Source: a virus. From it: a DNA stretch of 64,000 nt. The DNA lies in the IMG/VR virus record IMGVR_UViG_3300026097_001223, positions 64,001 through 128,000 of that record, one strand, 5' to 3'. The notes beneath the pieces are model-generated. The model saw nothing but the letters and a program-made list of their open reading frames with translations. It was not told the origin of the DNA and ran no database searches. Each line of letters begins with the position of its first letter. Within the stretch, counting starts at the first letter, position 1. Below are positions 1 through 9,393 of this stretch, one piece after another. Position numbers and translations under genes: made by a program.

Positions 1-354
1 CGGTCAGTGTTTCCGAGAAACGACGAAATTGACCAGGGTGTGTTCATTGGCTTGTATGAACTGGCACGACTGGACAGTCGGCAAGAACTGCCACCGATGT
101 GGATGCAGCGAGTGCTATACAGTGTAGCAAAATATTTTGACAGTTCATCGACTTTGCACAGTAAAGCCAAGCTTCAGCATGCTCATGTGTTTCCTGGTGC
201 TAGCTGGAGTGCTCCTAGTGCAATGGCAAACTTCCTGCGAGAACTGTACATCATGGAAGGCGGCAGTATTCCGCTTCCGTATCACGGTGTAGGTGCTATG
301 ATGGATGTGGCAATCAACCCTGCTCCTGGCTTATTTCCAACAAAGGTAGTATGA
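1..354 (+). CDS. Hypothetical protein, 5'-truncated (C-terminal part of a gene starting before the window)
   Basis: The frame of ORF 7..354 is open from base 1 (cgg tca gtg...). It ends at TGA 354, 1 nt before the next ATG. Confidence 0.6.
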   Translation, partial: RSVFPRNDEIDQGVFIGLYELARLDSRQELPPMWMQRVLYSVAKYFDSSSTLHSKAKLQHAHVFPGASWSAPSAMANFLRELYIMEGGSIPLPYHGVGAMMDVAINPAPGLFPTKVV

Positions 355-355
355 C

Positions 356-919
356 ATGACTTTACAAGAAAGCATTGAAAATTTCCGTCAGCCTGTGTAT
401 GTGCGTACTCGTCGTAGCCCTGAAACTTATGCCGCTACTGCCAAATACGTTGTACGCAGACTCAATGAACTTTGCGACGAGTATGATGCCACACGCAATG
501 ATCAACAAACCGCTAGGTTGATTCGTGACGATGTTGACAATGCATTACGCAGATATCATGAGTATTGTATTAAACAAAACATTGGTGCGCACTACATTGA
601 TCAGCACTGTGAGGACAATGGCATATTTGAGCACATTGTTCCTAACAGACTTGTGAGAGACATGCTGTTACATGATGTTATTACACCAGAGCAAGCATGT
701 AATATGCCAACCTGTCGATTAAGTCGCGACAAGGATGTCCTGTTACGCGAAGCAGGCTGGACTAGTCGGACACCGGACATTTTCAATTTCTGGACAAGAT
801 ACACCAACTGTTTTCCTGTAGATGGAGTGTTTGTTACACACGATGGAGTTGAAATATCCAGTGCTATGACACTGCTAGATCATTTCGAAATGTATGATCA
901 CCTAGTAATCGGTCATTAA
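356..919 (+). CDS. Hypothetical protein with HNH-like EHIVP motif
   Basis: 187-aa ORF. GIFEHIVP resembles the E-H-I-x-P strand of HNH/DUF1524-type nucleases. Confidence 0.45.
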   Translation: MTLQESIENFRQPVYVRTRRSPETYAATAKYVVRRLNELCDEYDATRNDQQTARLIRDDVDNALRRYHEYCIKQNIGAHYIDQHCEDNGIFEHIVPNRLVRDMLLHDVITPEQACNMPTCRLSRDKDVLLREAGWTSRTPDIFNFWTRYTNCFPVDGVFVTHDGVEISSAMTLLDHFEMYDHLVIGH

Positions 920-1744
920 TTTTTCAACTACCTGTTTGATTTGATCTTTTGTAATGTTGTTATTAAATGTTTGTTGATTGAAATTTGTTACAAAGTTTAT
1001 CCAGTTAGCTATTAGCTGATCGTCATTGTCTAAATTTAAAACGTCGAGTATCTGTTCGGCACCGCTGGGTTCAGCTAAGACATTGTAGTCTATAGACAGA
1101 GATTGAAAAACAGAGCAGTCATAAAAATCCTGTAGATCACGAGTTTGCTCTAACTTAGTGAAAGAATAGTTTGCAAATTTTTGTGGTAAATGACAAAAAG
1201 AGTCATACAAAAAATCTGTGATTGAATCAATATCGAACTGTGGTTTGAATACAAGCATTTTAAAAATGTCAGTTGCATTGAAACTTTTGATAATTTTTTT
1301 TGCCTGTGCAAGATGTCCAAATTTTGATGCTATAAATTTTTCTGCATTAGGATTATAATTGCGTGTCCCATAGTCAGCTGTTAACGTATCATTGAAAGCA
1401 TTGTTTGGTAAACCAAAGTATGCCCAGTTATTAACCGTATCATTGATATCATTATTCCAGTTACTGTTAATATTTGGCACACATTGCGGATGATTAAGTA
1501 GAATTTGCAGTGCATGTTTCAGTCGTGCACTGCCATTTGGAGCTATTAATAAAATATGAGTGTGCCATTTTTGATTGTCAAATGCATCATAAAAATAATC
1601 GTAAGTGGGACAGGATGGATCTATCGGAAGAGTTCTCATTACATTAGTTATCTTTTGTATAAAAAGGTTGACCTTTCTGACTAGATCGGCTATACTAATA
1701 ATATAGACAGTGAGGAGAGAACAATGAAAGTTGAAGTTGGGCAA
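902..1744 (-). CDS. Hypothetical protein (weak P-loop/sulfotransferase-like); true start probably downstream of 1744
   Basis: Long AT-rich ORF filling the gap between + strand genes. The start is probably near MRTLP, because the annotated 5' end overlaps the divergent promoter. Confidence 0.5.
   Translation of the reverse strand: MPNFNFHCSLLTVYIISIADLVRKVNLFIQKITNVMRTLPIDPSCPTYDYFYDAFDNQKWHTHILLIAPNGSARLKHALQILLNHPQCVPNINSNWNNDINDTVNNWAYFGLPNNAFNDTLTADYGTRNYNPNAEKFIASKFGHLAQAKKIIKSFNATDIFKMLVFKPQFDIDSITDFLYDSFCHLPQKFANYSFTKLEQTRDLQDFYDCSVFQSLSIDYNVLAEPSGAEQILDVLNLDNDDQLIANWINFVTNFNQQTFNNNITKDQIKQVVEKLMTDY
1668..1696 (+). promoter_or_regulatory. sigma70-type early promoter
   Basis: TTGACC-N17-TATACT, preceded by AAAAAGG and followed by AATAAT. 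SD GAGGAG lies before ATG 1724. Confidence 0.85.
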
Positions 1745-1942
1745 AAGATTTACGGGCAGTACGGTGCAATGATTCCAACAGTGTATGGTGTTGTTGATCG
1801 CATTGACGACAACGGTGTTGTTTACTTTAGTGATCGTTATTCACCTGAAGAAGTTTACACAACACCACAGGAATACATCAAGCCTATCAAAGGCAATGCC
1901 AGTATTGAAGAACTTCCACTTGCAGTAGGAGTATATGCATGA
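1724..1942 (+). CDS. Small early hypothetical protein
   Basis: 72 aa, strong SD, follows the early promoter. Confidence 0.75.
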   Translation: MKVEVGQKIYGQYGAMIPTVYGVVDRIDDNGVVYFSDRYSPEEVYTTPQEYIKPIKGNASIEELPLAVGVYA

Positions 1943-2160
1943 AAACAGTAAAGACAGTGTTTAGCGAATTGCTAGCACAAGGCACCGAGTGTGGCGTATG
2001 GACTGACAAAACGCAGATTGATTTGGAATCCATGTTACACGATTTTGAAACTGCTGAACGCAACATGCAAAATGTATTACCATACATGAAACGCCTATGC
2101 GAAGCAAAAGAAAGTTCAACCAAACTCAAGCGTTTACGTGAAAGGGCGTTGGCATTATGA
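1939..2160 (+). CDS. Small early hypothetical protein
   Basis: 73 aa, ATGA overlap with the upstream gene, SD AGGAG. Confidence 0.7.
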   Translation: MKTVKTVFSELLAQGTECGVWTDKTQIDLESMLHDFETAERNMQNVLPYMKRLCEAKESSTKLKRLRERALAL

Positions 2161-2645
2161 AAATTTATTTCAACAATCTCAGTCAGTACGCTGTGCAAAA
2201 GAATCAAGTGCAAGGGGTGCTGGAGTATTGTGCCAGTCAACTGTTGGACAAAGATCTTTACAATGCATTGGTGCTAGACATCAACGTAGAACGAGACTTT
2301 GGTTACGATGCAGAAGCAGGTGTGCATGACGATGAGTGGGACGATGTTGCGCCTTGCTTGTTTGCAATCACACTGGACCGGACGCTGGTAGAAGGCGATA
2401 TGGAGACACTGCTGAAAACACTGTGTCATGAAATGGTTCATATCAAGCAGTACATGACCGGTGAGCTCCGAGCAACAGCCAATAGCTTTGAATACAAAGG
2501 CACAGAATACAGCCTAGAGCAACCTGTGTCGCTTGCTGAGTATTATGCTTTTCCGTGGGAAGTAGAAGCCTACGGATTGGAACGTGCATTGTATTTCGGT
2601 TACACTGAAAATGCAAATGTTCTTGACAAACTATTGGCAGCCTAG
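2157..2645 (+). CDS. Zincin-like metallopeptidase
   Basis: HEMVH (HExxH) motif plus downstream PWEVEAY. ATGA overlap. Confidence 0.75.
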   Translation: MKIYFNNLSQYAVQKNQVQGVLEYCASQLLDKDLYNALVLDINVERDFGYDAEAGVHDDEWDDVAPCLFAITLDRTLVEGDMETLLKTLCHEMVHIKQYMTGELRATANSFEYKGTEYSLEQPVSLAEYYAFPWEVEAYGLERALYFGYTENANVLDKLLAA

Positions 2646-2651
2646 TATTAT
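2623..2651 (+). promoter_or_regulatory. sigma70-type early promoter
   Basis: TTGACA-N17-TATTAT upstream of ATG 2684. Confidence 0.75.
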
Positions 2652-2683
2652 AATAGAACAGTAAACAAAAGAGAGCTAGACAT

Positions 2684-3697
2684 ATGAATACTGTACTAAT
2701 TAAACAAGGTGTGTATCGCAACACCGAAATCGAAAACCAGGTGTTTGAGCTGGTACGCCCAGTTACACGCGGTAAAAAAGGCACCTACATCACAGTGCGG
2801 AACGACGGTTCTTTTGACGGTCCGGATAATATTCGAGTAAGTATTGATAATCACAACAGTGTAGAGTTTGCTGGAGGCGCTGTGAAAAACGGAGTTGTAG
2901 AATTTAAGAAAACCAAAACCGAAAGTGACGAAGAAGTCATGGAGCGTATTGGCAAACGTTTTGATATTTTGCACGACATGACGCGAGCTGCTATCAACGG
3001 CGATGTCCGTGCTATGATTGTTACAGGTCCTCCAGGTGTAGGTAAGAGCTTTGGTGTAGAATATGAGCTTGAAAAAAGCAGTATCTTTGATCGCATCGGC
3101 GGCAACAACACCAAGTACGAAGTGATTAAAGGCGCAATGACACCTGTAGGTTTGTATGCCACACTGTACAAGCATTCAGACAAAAATCATGTGCTGGTGT
3201 TTGATGACTGTGACTCAATCCTGCTAGACGATTTGAGTTTGAACATTCTCAAAGCCGCACTGGATTCAGGCAAGAAGCGTAGAATCTACTGGAATGCAGA
3301 TTCAAGCAAACTGCGCGGAGAAGGTATTCCTAACAGTTTTGACTTCCACGGCAGTGTGATTTTTATTACGAACCTAAAGTTCGAACATATCAAGAGCAAA
3401 AAACTTAAAGATCACCTAGATGCATTGCAGAGTCGCTGTCACTATCTTGACTTAACAATGGATACCATGCGAGATTGTTTCTTGCGTATTAAACAGATCT
3501 TCCGTAAAGGTGAGCTGTTTCGAGATTACAAGTTCACTCCAGAAGTGGGCGAAGAGATTCTTGACTTTATGGATAAGAATCAAAACAGGTTGCGCGAGAT
3601 GAGTTTGCGAATGGCACTTAAAATTGCTGATCTCACTCGTGTTTCATCCGACAACTGGCGAGAGCTTGCCGAAAGCACTTGTATGCGTCGGGTTTAA
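2684..3697 (+). CDS. AAA+/P-loop ATPase
   Basis: Walker A GPPGVGKS, Walker B VLVFDDCD, sensor FITN, arginine-finger-like ALQSRC. Confidence 0.85.
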   Translation: MNTVLIKQGVYRNTEIENQVFELVRPVTRGKKGTYITVRNDGSFDGPDNIRVSIDNHNSVEFAGGAVKNGVVEFKKTKTESDEEVMERIGKRFDILHDMTRAAINGDVRAMIVTGPPGVGKSFGVEYELEKSSIFDRIGGNNTKYEVIKGAMTPVGLYATLYKHSDKNHVLVFDDCDSILLDDLSLNILKAALDSGKKRRIYWNADSSKLRGEGIPNSFDFHGSVIFITNLKFEHIKSKKLKDHLDALQSRCHYLDLTMDTMRDCFLRIKQIFRKGELFRDYKFTPEVGEEILDFMDKNQNRLREMSLRMALKIADLTRVSSDNWRELAESTCMRRV

Positions 3698-3702
3698 AGA
3701 GT

Positions 3703-3777
3703 TCAGGTTATCACTCACTGTCTAGCTCCTCGATAACCTGATCAATTAGGGCACCCTTTCGGGGGTGCCCATTTTTT
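3703..3777 (+). ncRNA. Candidate 3'UTR-derived antisense sRNA (hairpin with anti-leader loop plus terminator)
   Basis: Perfect 10-bp stem TCAGGTTATC/GATAACCTGA. The 19-nt loop ACTCACTGTCTAGCTCCTC is complementary to early-gene leaders at 1704-1714, 2673-2682 and 45419-45431. Confidence 0.5.
3749..3777 (+). terminator. Rho-independent terminator
   Basis: GGGCACCC-T-TTCG-G-GGGTGCCC followed by A and T6. Confidence 0.85.
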
Positions 3778-4661
3778 CTATTATGATTGTAAAAATATAT
3801 TTAGGACACAACTCACAGGACAGCGAACTGGTTTTACAATACCAGGTGCATGATACACCACTGGCTCGTGCATGGACAGAAAGACTAACAGCCGGCATGA
3901 GCTATCCAATTGACCATCCAGAAAGATTTTATGGGTGGAACAGCAAAGAACACGAATTAGACAATGCCACTGGGCAATTGTTACATGCTGTTAACACTGT
4001 GAATAGTCACAAAAAGATATTCTCAGACCCAGTGTCAGCCACAGACCAAGACTGGTTAAACAGTGTGCACACTGTGTTCGAAGATGTGCACGGCGGACTT
4101 GACCAGCAGGACACAGAATTTTTTCAAACTGCACCTGCAGAAGTGCAACGTGCGCTAGCCAATGTTAATGTGTATGTGCATGCTGTAGAAACTGCCGTGT
4201 CTGAGAAGTCAAATCCACGCTTTGTGGTAACACGCTGGGGCTTGCCCAAAACACATCTATTAGAAAAACAATGGATGAGTCAGTACGGTGTTGTTTCTCC
4301 ACCGTGGGGTAGCCTGGTGTTAAGCTATGTTGAAATTGGAAAGACCTTGGAAGATCTAGTGCATGATAACGAAGCACCCAGTGATCTAGGATTTAGACCT
4401 TGGAAACACTACAGTGCTGACTTTGTTGCTCGATTCTACGAAGAAGAAGACACTGTTAAAAAACTAAATCAAATGCGCTATGTGTTTGAATGGCATCGAG
4501 ACTGGTTTGAAGCCAGAGGCTTTGATCAGTTCGAAGATCCGCAACTGTTGCCCTTGCGATATCCTGTGGCACAGTTAATTGAAGAAATGCCCAGAGAAGA
4601 TCTCATTTACCATATTGGTAGGCATAATAGAGTAAAGCAAGTACAATTAATCCATGCGTGA
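3765..4661 (+). CDS. Hypothetical protein; start probably the ATG near 3783
   Basis: 298-aa ORF overlapping the uvsW start. The listed 5' end overlaps the terminator. Confidence 0.65.
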   Translation: MPIFSIMIVKIYLGHNSQDSELVLQYQVHDTPLARAWTERLTAGMSYPIDHPERFYGWNSKEHELDNATGQLLHAVNTVNSHKKIFSDPVSATDQDWLNSVHTVFEDVHGGLDQQDTEFFQTAPAEVQRALANVNVYVHAVETAVSEKSNPRFVVTRWGLPKTHLLEKQWMSQYGVVSPPWGSLVLSYVEIGKTLEDLVHDNEAPSDLGFRPWKHYSADFVARFYEEEDTVKKLNQMRYVFEWHRDWFEARGFDQFEDPQLLPLRYPVAQLIEEMPREDLIYHIGRHNRVKQVQLIHA

Positions 4662-6111
4662 ATGTAAACTAATCATCAAAGACGAAGTCAATGCCAAGAT
4701 CGAAGGACTAGACCTTGACACTCGTAAAAGGCTCACTAACAAGTTCAAGTATGAAGTGCCCTATGCTAGATATCTTCCAGCGGTTAAACTAGGACGATGG
4801 GACGGCAAAGTGGGATTCTTTCAACTGGGCGGCAGTACCTATATCAACCTATTGCCTGAGATATTAGAAGATCTAGAAAATCACGATTGGGATATTGAAC
4901 TGGAAGATCTTCGAGAATACCCAACGTCTTTTGGGTTTGAACCAGTTTACGAAAACACCTACAGTGACATACTTTGGCCAAAAGGACACCCAGCGGCTGG
5001 TAAAAGCATTGAACTGCGTGATTATCAAGTCAGCATTATCAATAGCTTTTTAGAAAACCCGCAGAGTATACAGGAAATTGCAACTGGTGCAGGCAAGACC
5101 ATTATGACTGCCGCACTCAGCGAACGTGTAGAGCAGTACGGCCGTAGTATTGTAATTGTGCCTAACAAGAGTCTTGTAACGCAAACAGAAAAAGACTATC
5201 GCAACATGCAACTGGACGTAGGTGTGTTCTATGGTGATAGAAAAGAGTTTGGACACAAACACACAATTTGCACATGGCAAAGTCTCAACGTGTTGTTAAA
5301 GAATACCAAGCGCGGCAGTGTAGATATCACAATTGGCGAATTTCTTGAAGATGTTGTGTGTGTAATTGTAGACGAAGTGCATCAAGCTAAAGCAGATGCG
5401 CTTAAAACTCTACTCACTGGTGTTATGAGTCGTGTGCCAATGCGCTGGGGACTAACTGGTACTATTCCTAAAGAACAGTTTGAATGGCAGGCAATTCATG
5501 TCGGTCTAGGTCCTGTGATCAATCAAGTGGCTGCTAGTGAACTACAGGATAGAGGGGTGTTGGCTCGTTGCAATGTTAATATTGTACAACTGGTAGATCA
5601 CGCTGAGCACCAAAATTATCAAAGTGAGCTTAAATATCTATTAGAAGAACCGGGCAGATTGGATACTATTGCCAATCTAGCACAATCAGTGAATGACTCA
5701 GGCAACACACTGATATTGGTTGACCGTATAAGTGCTGGCACTGCATTACAAGAACGCTTGCCTGACAGTGTGTTTATTTCTGGATCAACCAAAGCTGTAG
5801 ACAGACAAGACCACTATGACGAAGTACAAGAAGCGACAAACAAAATCATTATTGCAACCTATGGAGTTGCGGCTGTTGGGATTAATATTCCTAGGATATT
5901 CAATCTTGTTCTTGTCGAGCCTGGTAAGAGTTTTGTTAGAGTAATTCAAAGCATTGGCCGAGGCATTCGCAAGGCCGAAGACAAAGACCATGTAGAAATC
6001 TACGACATAACCAGTACATGTAGATTTGCTAAACGGCATTTGACTAAACGCAAGCAGTTTTATAAAGAAGCCAACTATCCTTTTCAGATTGAAAAATTGG
6101 AGTGGAAATAA
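4654..6111 (+). CDS. uvsW: UvsW-like SF2 DNA helicase
   Basis: LRDYQ Q-motif, ATGAGKT, DEVH, GLTGT, QSIGRGIR. Confidence 0.92.
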   Translation: MRECKLIIKDEVNAKIEGLDLDTRKRLTNKFKYEVPYARYLPAVKLGRWDGKVGFFQLGGSTYINLLPEILEDLENHDWDIELEDLREYPTSFGFEPVYENTYSDILWPKGHPAAGKSIELRDYQVSIINSFLENPQSIQEIATGAGKTIMTAALSERVEQYGRSIVIVPNKSLVTQTEKDYRNMQLDVGVFYGDRKEFGHKHTICTWQSLNVLLKNTKRGSVDITIGEFLEDVVCVIVDEVHQAKADALKTLLTGVMSRVPMRWGLTGTIPKEQFEWQAIHVGLGPVINQVAASELQDRGVLARCNVNIVQLVDHAEHQNYQSELKYLLEEPGRLDTIANLAQSVNDSGNTLILVDRISAGTALQERLPDSVFISGSTKAVDRQDHYDEVQEATNKIIIATYGVAAVGINIPRIFNLVLVEPGKSFVRVIQSIGRGIRKAEDKDHVEIYDITSTCRFAKRHLTKRKQFYKEANYPFQIEKLEWK

Positions 6112-6674
6112 TCATGAGCAAAGAAAAACTTATTTGGGTGATTGGCAATGAATACCATGATCCAGATTATGCTATTAATCCAGAAACACATTGGAAACAT
6201 TGGTTGCCCAATCAGTACAGAGTGCTTGACTTAACACAAGAAAACATTAATAATATAGACATTCTGGAAAAGTTAAAAAACGATCAAGCTAGAGAATGGG
6301 GAATGCCTCATGCTATCTATATCTCCTTTGTGCCAATGGATCCAAAAGACTGTTTTCAGTTTTTTCCAGATGATGATTGGGACACGTATAAAGCCCCATT
6401 TAATAATCGCGTAGACTGGGCAAACATGAGCTTGAAAGAAATTGCTGTGGTAGAAAGTGTACTCAAAGTTGCTAGATCTCTTGCACCTACGGCATATACC
6501 ATAAACATGTTAGCTAATAACATACAAATTCCGCATAACCACATGTTAGCAAGAAATCTACACATTTTAAAATCACACACAATGAAGATTGATCTCTTGG
6601 AAAAACAACCACATGAAATCACAGAGTACGATTACAAACTATTTGCAAAAACACTACTAGAAGAAATAAATTAA
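6102..6674 (+). CDS. Hypothetical protein
   Basis: 190-aa ORF tightly packed between neighbours. Confidence 0.6.
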   Translation: MEIIMSKEKLIWVIGNEYHDPDYAINPETHWKHWLPNQYRVLDLTQENINNIDILEKLKNDQAREWGMPHAIYISFVPMDPKDCFQFFPDDDWDTYKAPFNNRVDWANMSLKEIAVVESVLKVARSLAPTAYTINMLANNIQIPHNHMLARNLHILKSHTMKIDLLEKQPHEITEYDYKLFAKTLLEEIN

Positions 6675-7174
6675 TGAAAATATTAACAGTTGAAGATACA
6701 GTATACGAATTAGATGTTTTGCCTGAACAGGTGGACGATGTACAATTTGCGGTATTGGATAACAGCGATCCTACTGCGGTAGATTATTTCTTTCTGCCGC
6801 TGATCTATCTAGAAGGATTTACCAGTCCTGCTCTGGTACTAAAAATTGGAGAACACACTGTTAAAATGCCCATGGATTGGAAAATTCTAATTGCCGAACC
6901 TGATTGCGGCGAAATGGAAGTAATTCCGTTAACCAGTTTAAATGATCGTGGATTTAAAACGTTTGTGTACAATCCAAGAAGTAGTTATAGACCGGAGTAC
7001 GCAGATGTAGAAATCATCGACGTGTACAATGACGTAAGTTGGTATGCACCCAAGTTAAAAAATGGACAGATACTTGCAGTTCCACTCAGCAGTGACAACT
7101 CACCAGAGTGTGTATATTTTGTAAAAGACATCAGCCGTCATTGTGAAATAGTGGATATTAACCAAGCCTGTTAA
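6674..7174 (+). CDS. Conserved-looking beta-rich hypothetical protein (possible degenerate Hint-like fold)
   Basis: 166 aa. TAATG overlap. Beta-strand pattern only. Confidence 0.7.
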   Translation: MKILTVEDTVYELDVLPEQVDDVQFAVLDNSDPTAVDYFFLPLIYLEGFTSPALVLKIGEHTVKMPMDWKILIAEPDCGEMEVIPLTSLNDRGFKTFVYNPRSSYRPEYADVEIIDVYNDVSWYAPKLKNGQILAVPLSSDNSPECVYFVKDISRHCEIVDINQAC

Positions 7175-7612
7175 ATGGATAAACTTCATATATCAAACGA
7201 AATGCGTGAATTCGATCTCAAGAATCGAAACTTCTATGACGAGCTCACAGACGAAGAACGCAAAAAATTTGGCCTGTACCTTATGATTCGTTGGGGTAGC
7301 AGTGTCGAAGGCAGTCGGGACTTGCAGGAGTTTTATGTAATTGCAACCAATGAAAGATTAAACAAACACTATTTTGATATCAAAGGTCATCCTAAACTGC
7401 ATTGGTTGTTGTGCACAACTATAAGCCCAGGGCTAGGTGCACATCGTCACAAGTGGATTGGCTACAAAAAGAAAACAGGCAACGACAGTAAAAATCGCAA
7501 GCTGTTGGAACGAGTGTACCCAAATGCCAAGAGTGATGAAATTGACACATTGCTGAAAATCATGGACAAAAAAGATTACAAAAAACTGTTACAAGAACAC
7601 GGGGAAGAATAA
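7175..7612 (+). CDS. Clamp-loader small subunit, T4 gp62-like
   Basis: FGLYLMIRWGS...NERLN...HPKLHWLL...HKWIGYKKK resembles gp62-family patterns. Replication context. Confidence 0.65.
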   Translation: MDKLHISNEMREFDLKNRNFYDELTDEERKKFGLYLMIRWGSSVEGSRDLQEFYVIATNERLNKHYFDIKGHPKLHWLLCTTISPGLGAHRHKWIGYKKKTGNDSKNRKLLERVYPNAKSDEIDTLLKIMDKKDYKKLLQEHGEE

Positions 7613-7615
7613 CCA

Positions 7616-8287
7616 ATGTTCAAGTGTGAGTATTGCAGCAGAGAGTTTGCTCGTGAAAGCACAGTGAATGCGCATGTGTGTGAACAAAAGAAAAGACATG
7701 ATCAGCAGAATGAACGCGGAGTCCAGTTGGGATATCATGGATTTTTAGAATTTTATCGCAAGTCGCAGGGTAGTGCACAAAATAAAACCTATGACAGTTT
7801 TGCAACCAGTCCGTATTATAGAGCATTTGTAAAATGGGGCTGGTATTGTGTCAACACCCGGGTGATTAATCCTGAAGGTTACCTACACTGGCTGCTGGAA
7901 CATAACAAAAAAATTGATGTATGGGCGAAGGATAAACAGTACAGCGAATATCTTGAAACCTATGTGTATCAGGAAAACGCAACAGTGGCACTTACACGAG
8001 CACTTGAATTGGCTGTTGACTGGCACGAAGACACAGGATATCCAGATAGAGATTATCTTCGGCATGCAAATCGCAACGGCTTGTGTTATAAAGTAGCCTC
8101 AGGCAGACTCAGCGCCTGGGTATTGTACAACTGTGCCAGCGGCATTGAGTTTTTGGAAGATCTCACAGTTGAACAGATTCAAATGGTTTGGCCTTATATT
8201 GATAGCGACCGTTGGCAACAAACCTTCGGCAAGTACTCTACTGATCAAGAGTATGTTAAACAGTTATTAAAGGAAGCAGGCTGGTGA
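7616..8287 (+). CDS. C2H2 zinc-finger-containing protein
   Basis: N-terminal FKCEYCSREF...NAHVC motif, in the replication cluster. Confidence 0.7.
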   Translation: MFKCEYCSREFARESTVNAHVCEQKKRHDQQNERGVQLGYHGFLEFYRKSQGSAQNKTYDSFATSPYYRAFVKWGWYCVNTRVINPEGYLHWLLEHNKKIDVWAKDKQYSEYLETYVYQENATVALTRALELAVDWHEDTGYPDRDYLRHANRNGLCYKVASGRLSAWVLYNCASGIEFLEDLTVEQIQMVWPYIDSDRWQQTFGKYSTDQEYVKQLLKEAGW

Positions 8288-9384
8288 CATTGAAAATAAA
8301 TTTTGACAATGGTGCACATGCCGATCATTTTTATCATCGATATGTAACCTGGTGCAAAGCTCAACGAGACGACTACGACAATCATGCTTGTCACCCAGTA
8401 ATAGAAAATCACCCTGACGGTTATCCTGTAATAAACTGGTGGGATGTTGATTCGATATCAGAATCTTCAAGTAAAGTAATTTTCATAGACAGTTTATTTG
8501 AAGGGTATAATATATTTGAACAAGCTCTTACAAAGCAAACTCTAGATAGATACCCTGCTGACAAGCACTATGTGTTTTTTAACTCTAGCAATTTTTCACA
8601 AACCGATTATCCAATGGCATACAGTTATGATGTTATACATGTACAATATATTCTGTATCAGCTGGAATTGATTGCCAACGATACAATAATTACTGGATAT
8701 TGTTATCACGATCAATCTGATTGGTTAACGCCTGATAAGAACATACTCTTTTATAGCATTATTGGACAAAAAAGACCAGATAGAGATGCATTTATTAAAA
8801 AAGTTGTCAGCACTTTCAAGAATGATCAATATATTTTGAAATACGACGGTGAATTATTAAATGATACGTTCAGCAACACATATCTAAGACAACCGTACGA
8901 AGCAACATTTGCTAAAGCTAGTTCTTTACCAGGACTTACAAGAATACCTTTGTTCAGAATAAGTTACGCTGTAGCAAAAAGATGTTTTTTTGGTTTGTTT
9001 GTAGATACTCTTCCGTTAGCACAGGACAATAAAGGATTTATATCTGGTCATGTGATACAGAGCTTTATGAACCAACAACCGTTTGTAGTGCTTGGTGCCC
9101 CAGGGTTGTTACGAGACATTCATGCTGCTGGCTTTCGCACATGGGGAGAACTGTGGGACGAAAGCTATGACAACGAGCCTGATTTTCATAAAAGACTAGA
9201 TAAGTGTATCACTGTTGCAAAAAGTCTGGAAACATTTGATTGGCAAAAAAACAACGATAAAATACGAGAAATTGCCATGCACAACTTTCATAATGCTATT
9301 GCATCAGGCAAACGAAGCATTGCAGAATTTAGTCGACTAGAAAAAACAGTTGAAAGTCTTTACAACCGTAATTTGGTAGTGTAG
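8284..9384 (+). CDS. Glycosyltransferase-like protein (paralogue family 1 of 3)
   Basis: C-terminal QPFVVLGAPGLLRDIHAAGFRTWGELWDESYD, shared with 36155..37372 and 55740..56912. Confidence 0.55.
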   Translation: MTLKINFDNGAHADHFYHRYVTWCKAQRDDYDNHACHPVIENHPDGYPVINWWDVDSISESSSKVIFIDSLFEGYNIFEQALTKQTLDRYPADKHYVFFNSSNFSQTDYPMAYSYDVIHVQYILYQLELIANDTIITGYCYHDQSDWLTPDKNILFYSIIGQKRPDRDAFIKKVVSTFKNDQYILKYDGELLNDTFSNTYLRQPYEATFAKASSLPGLTRIPLFRISYAVAKRCFFGLFVDTLPLAQDNKGFISGHVIQSFMNQQPFVVLGAPGLLRDIHAAGFRTWGELWDESYDNEPDFHKRLDKCITVAKSLETFDWQKNNDKIREIAMHNFHNAIASGKRSIAEFSRLEKTVESLYNRNLVV

Positions 9385-9393
9385 TATATACGT

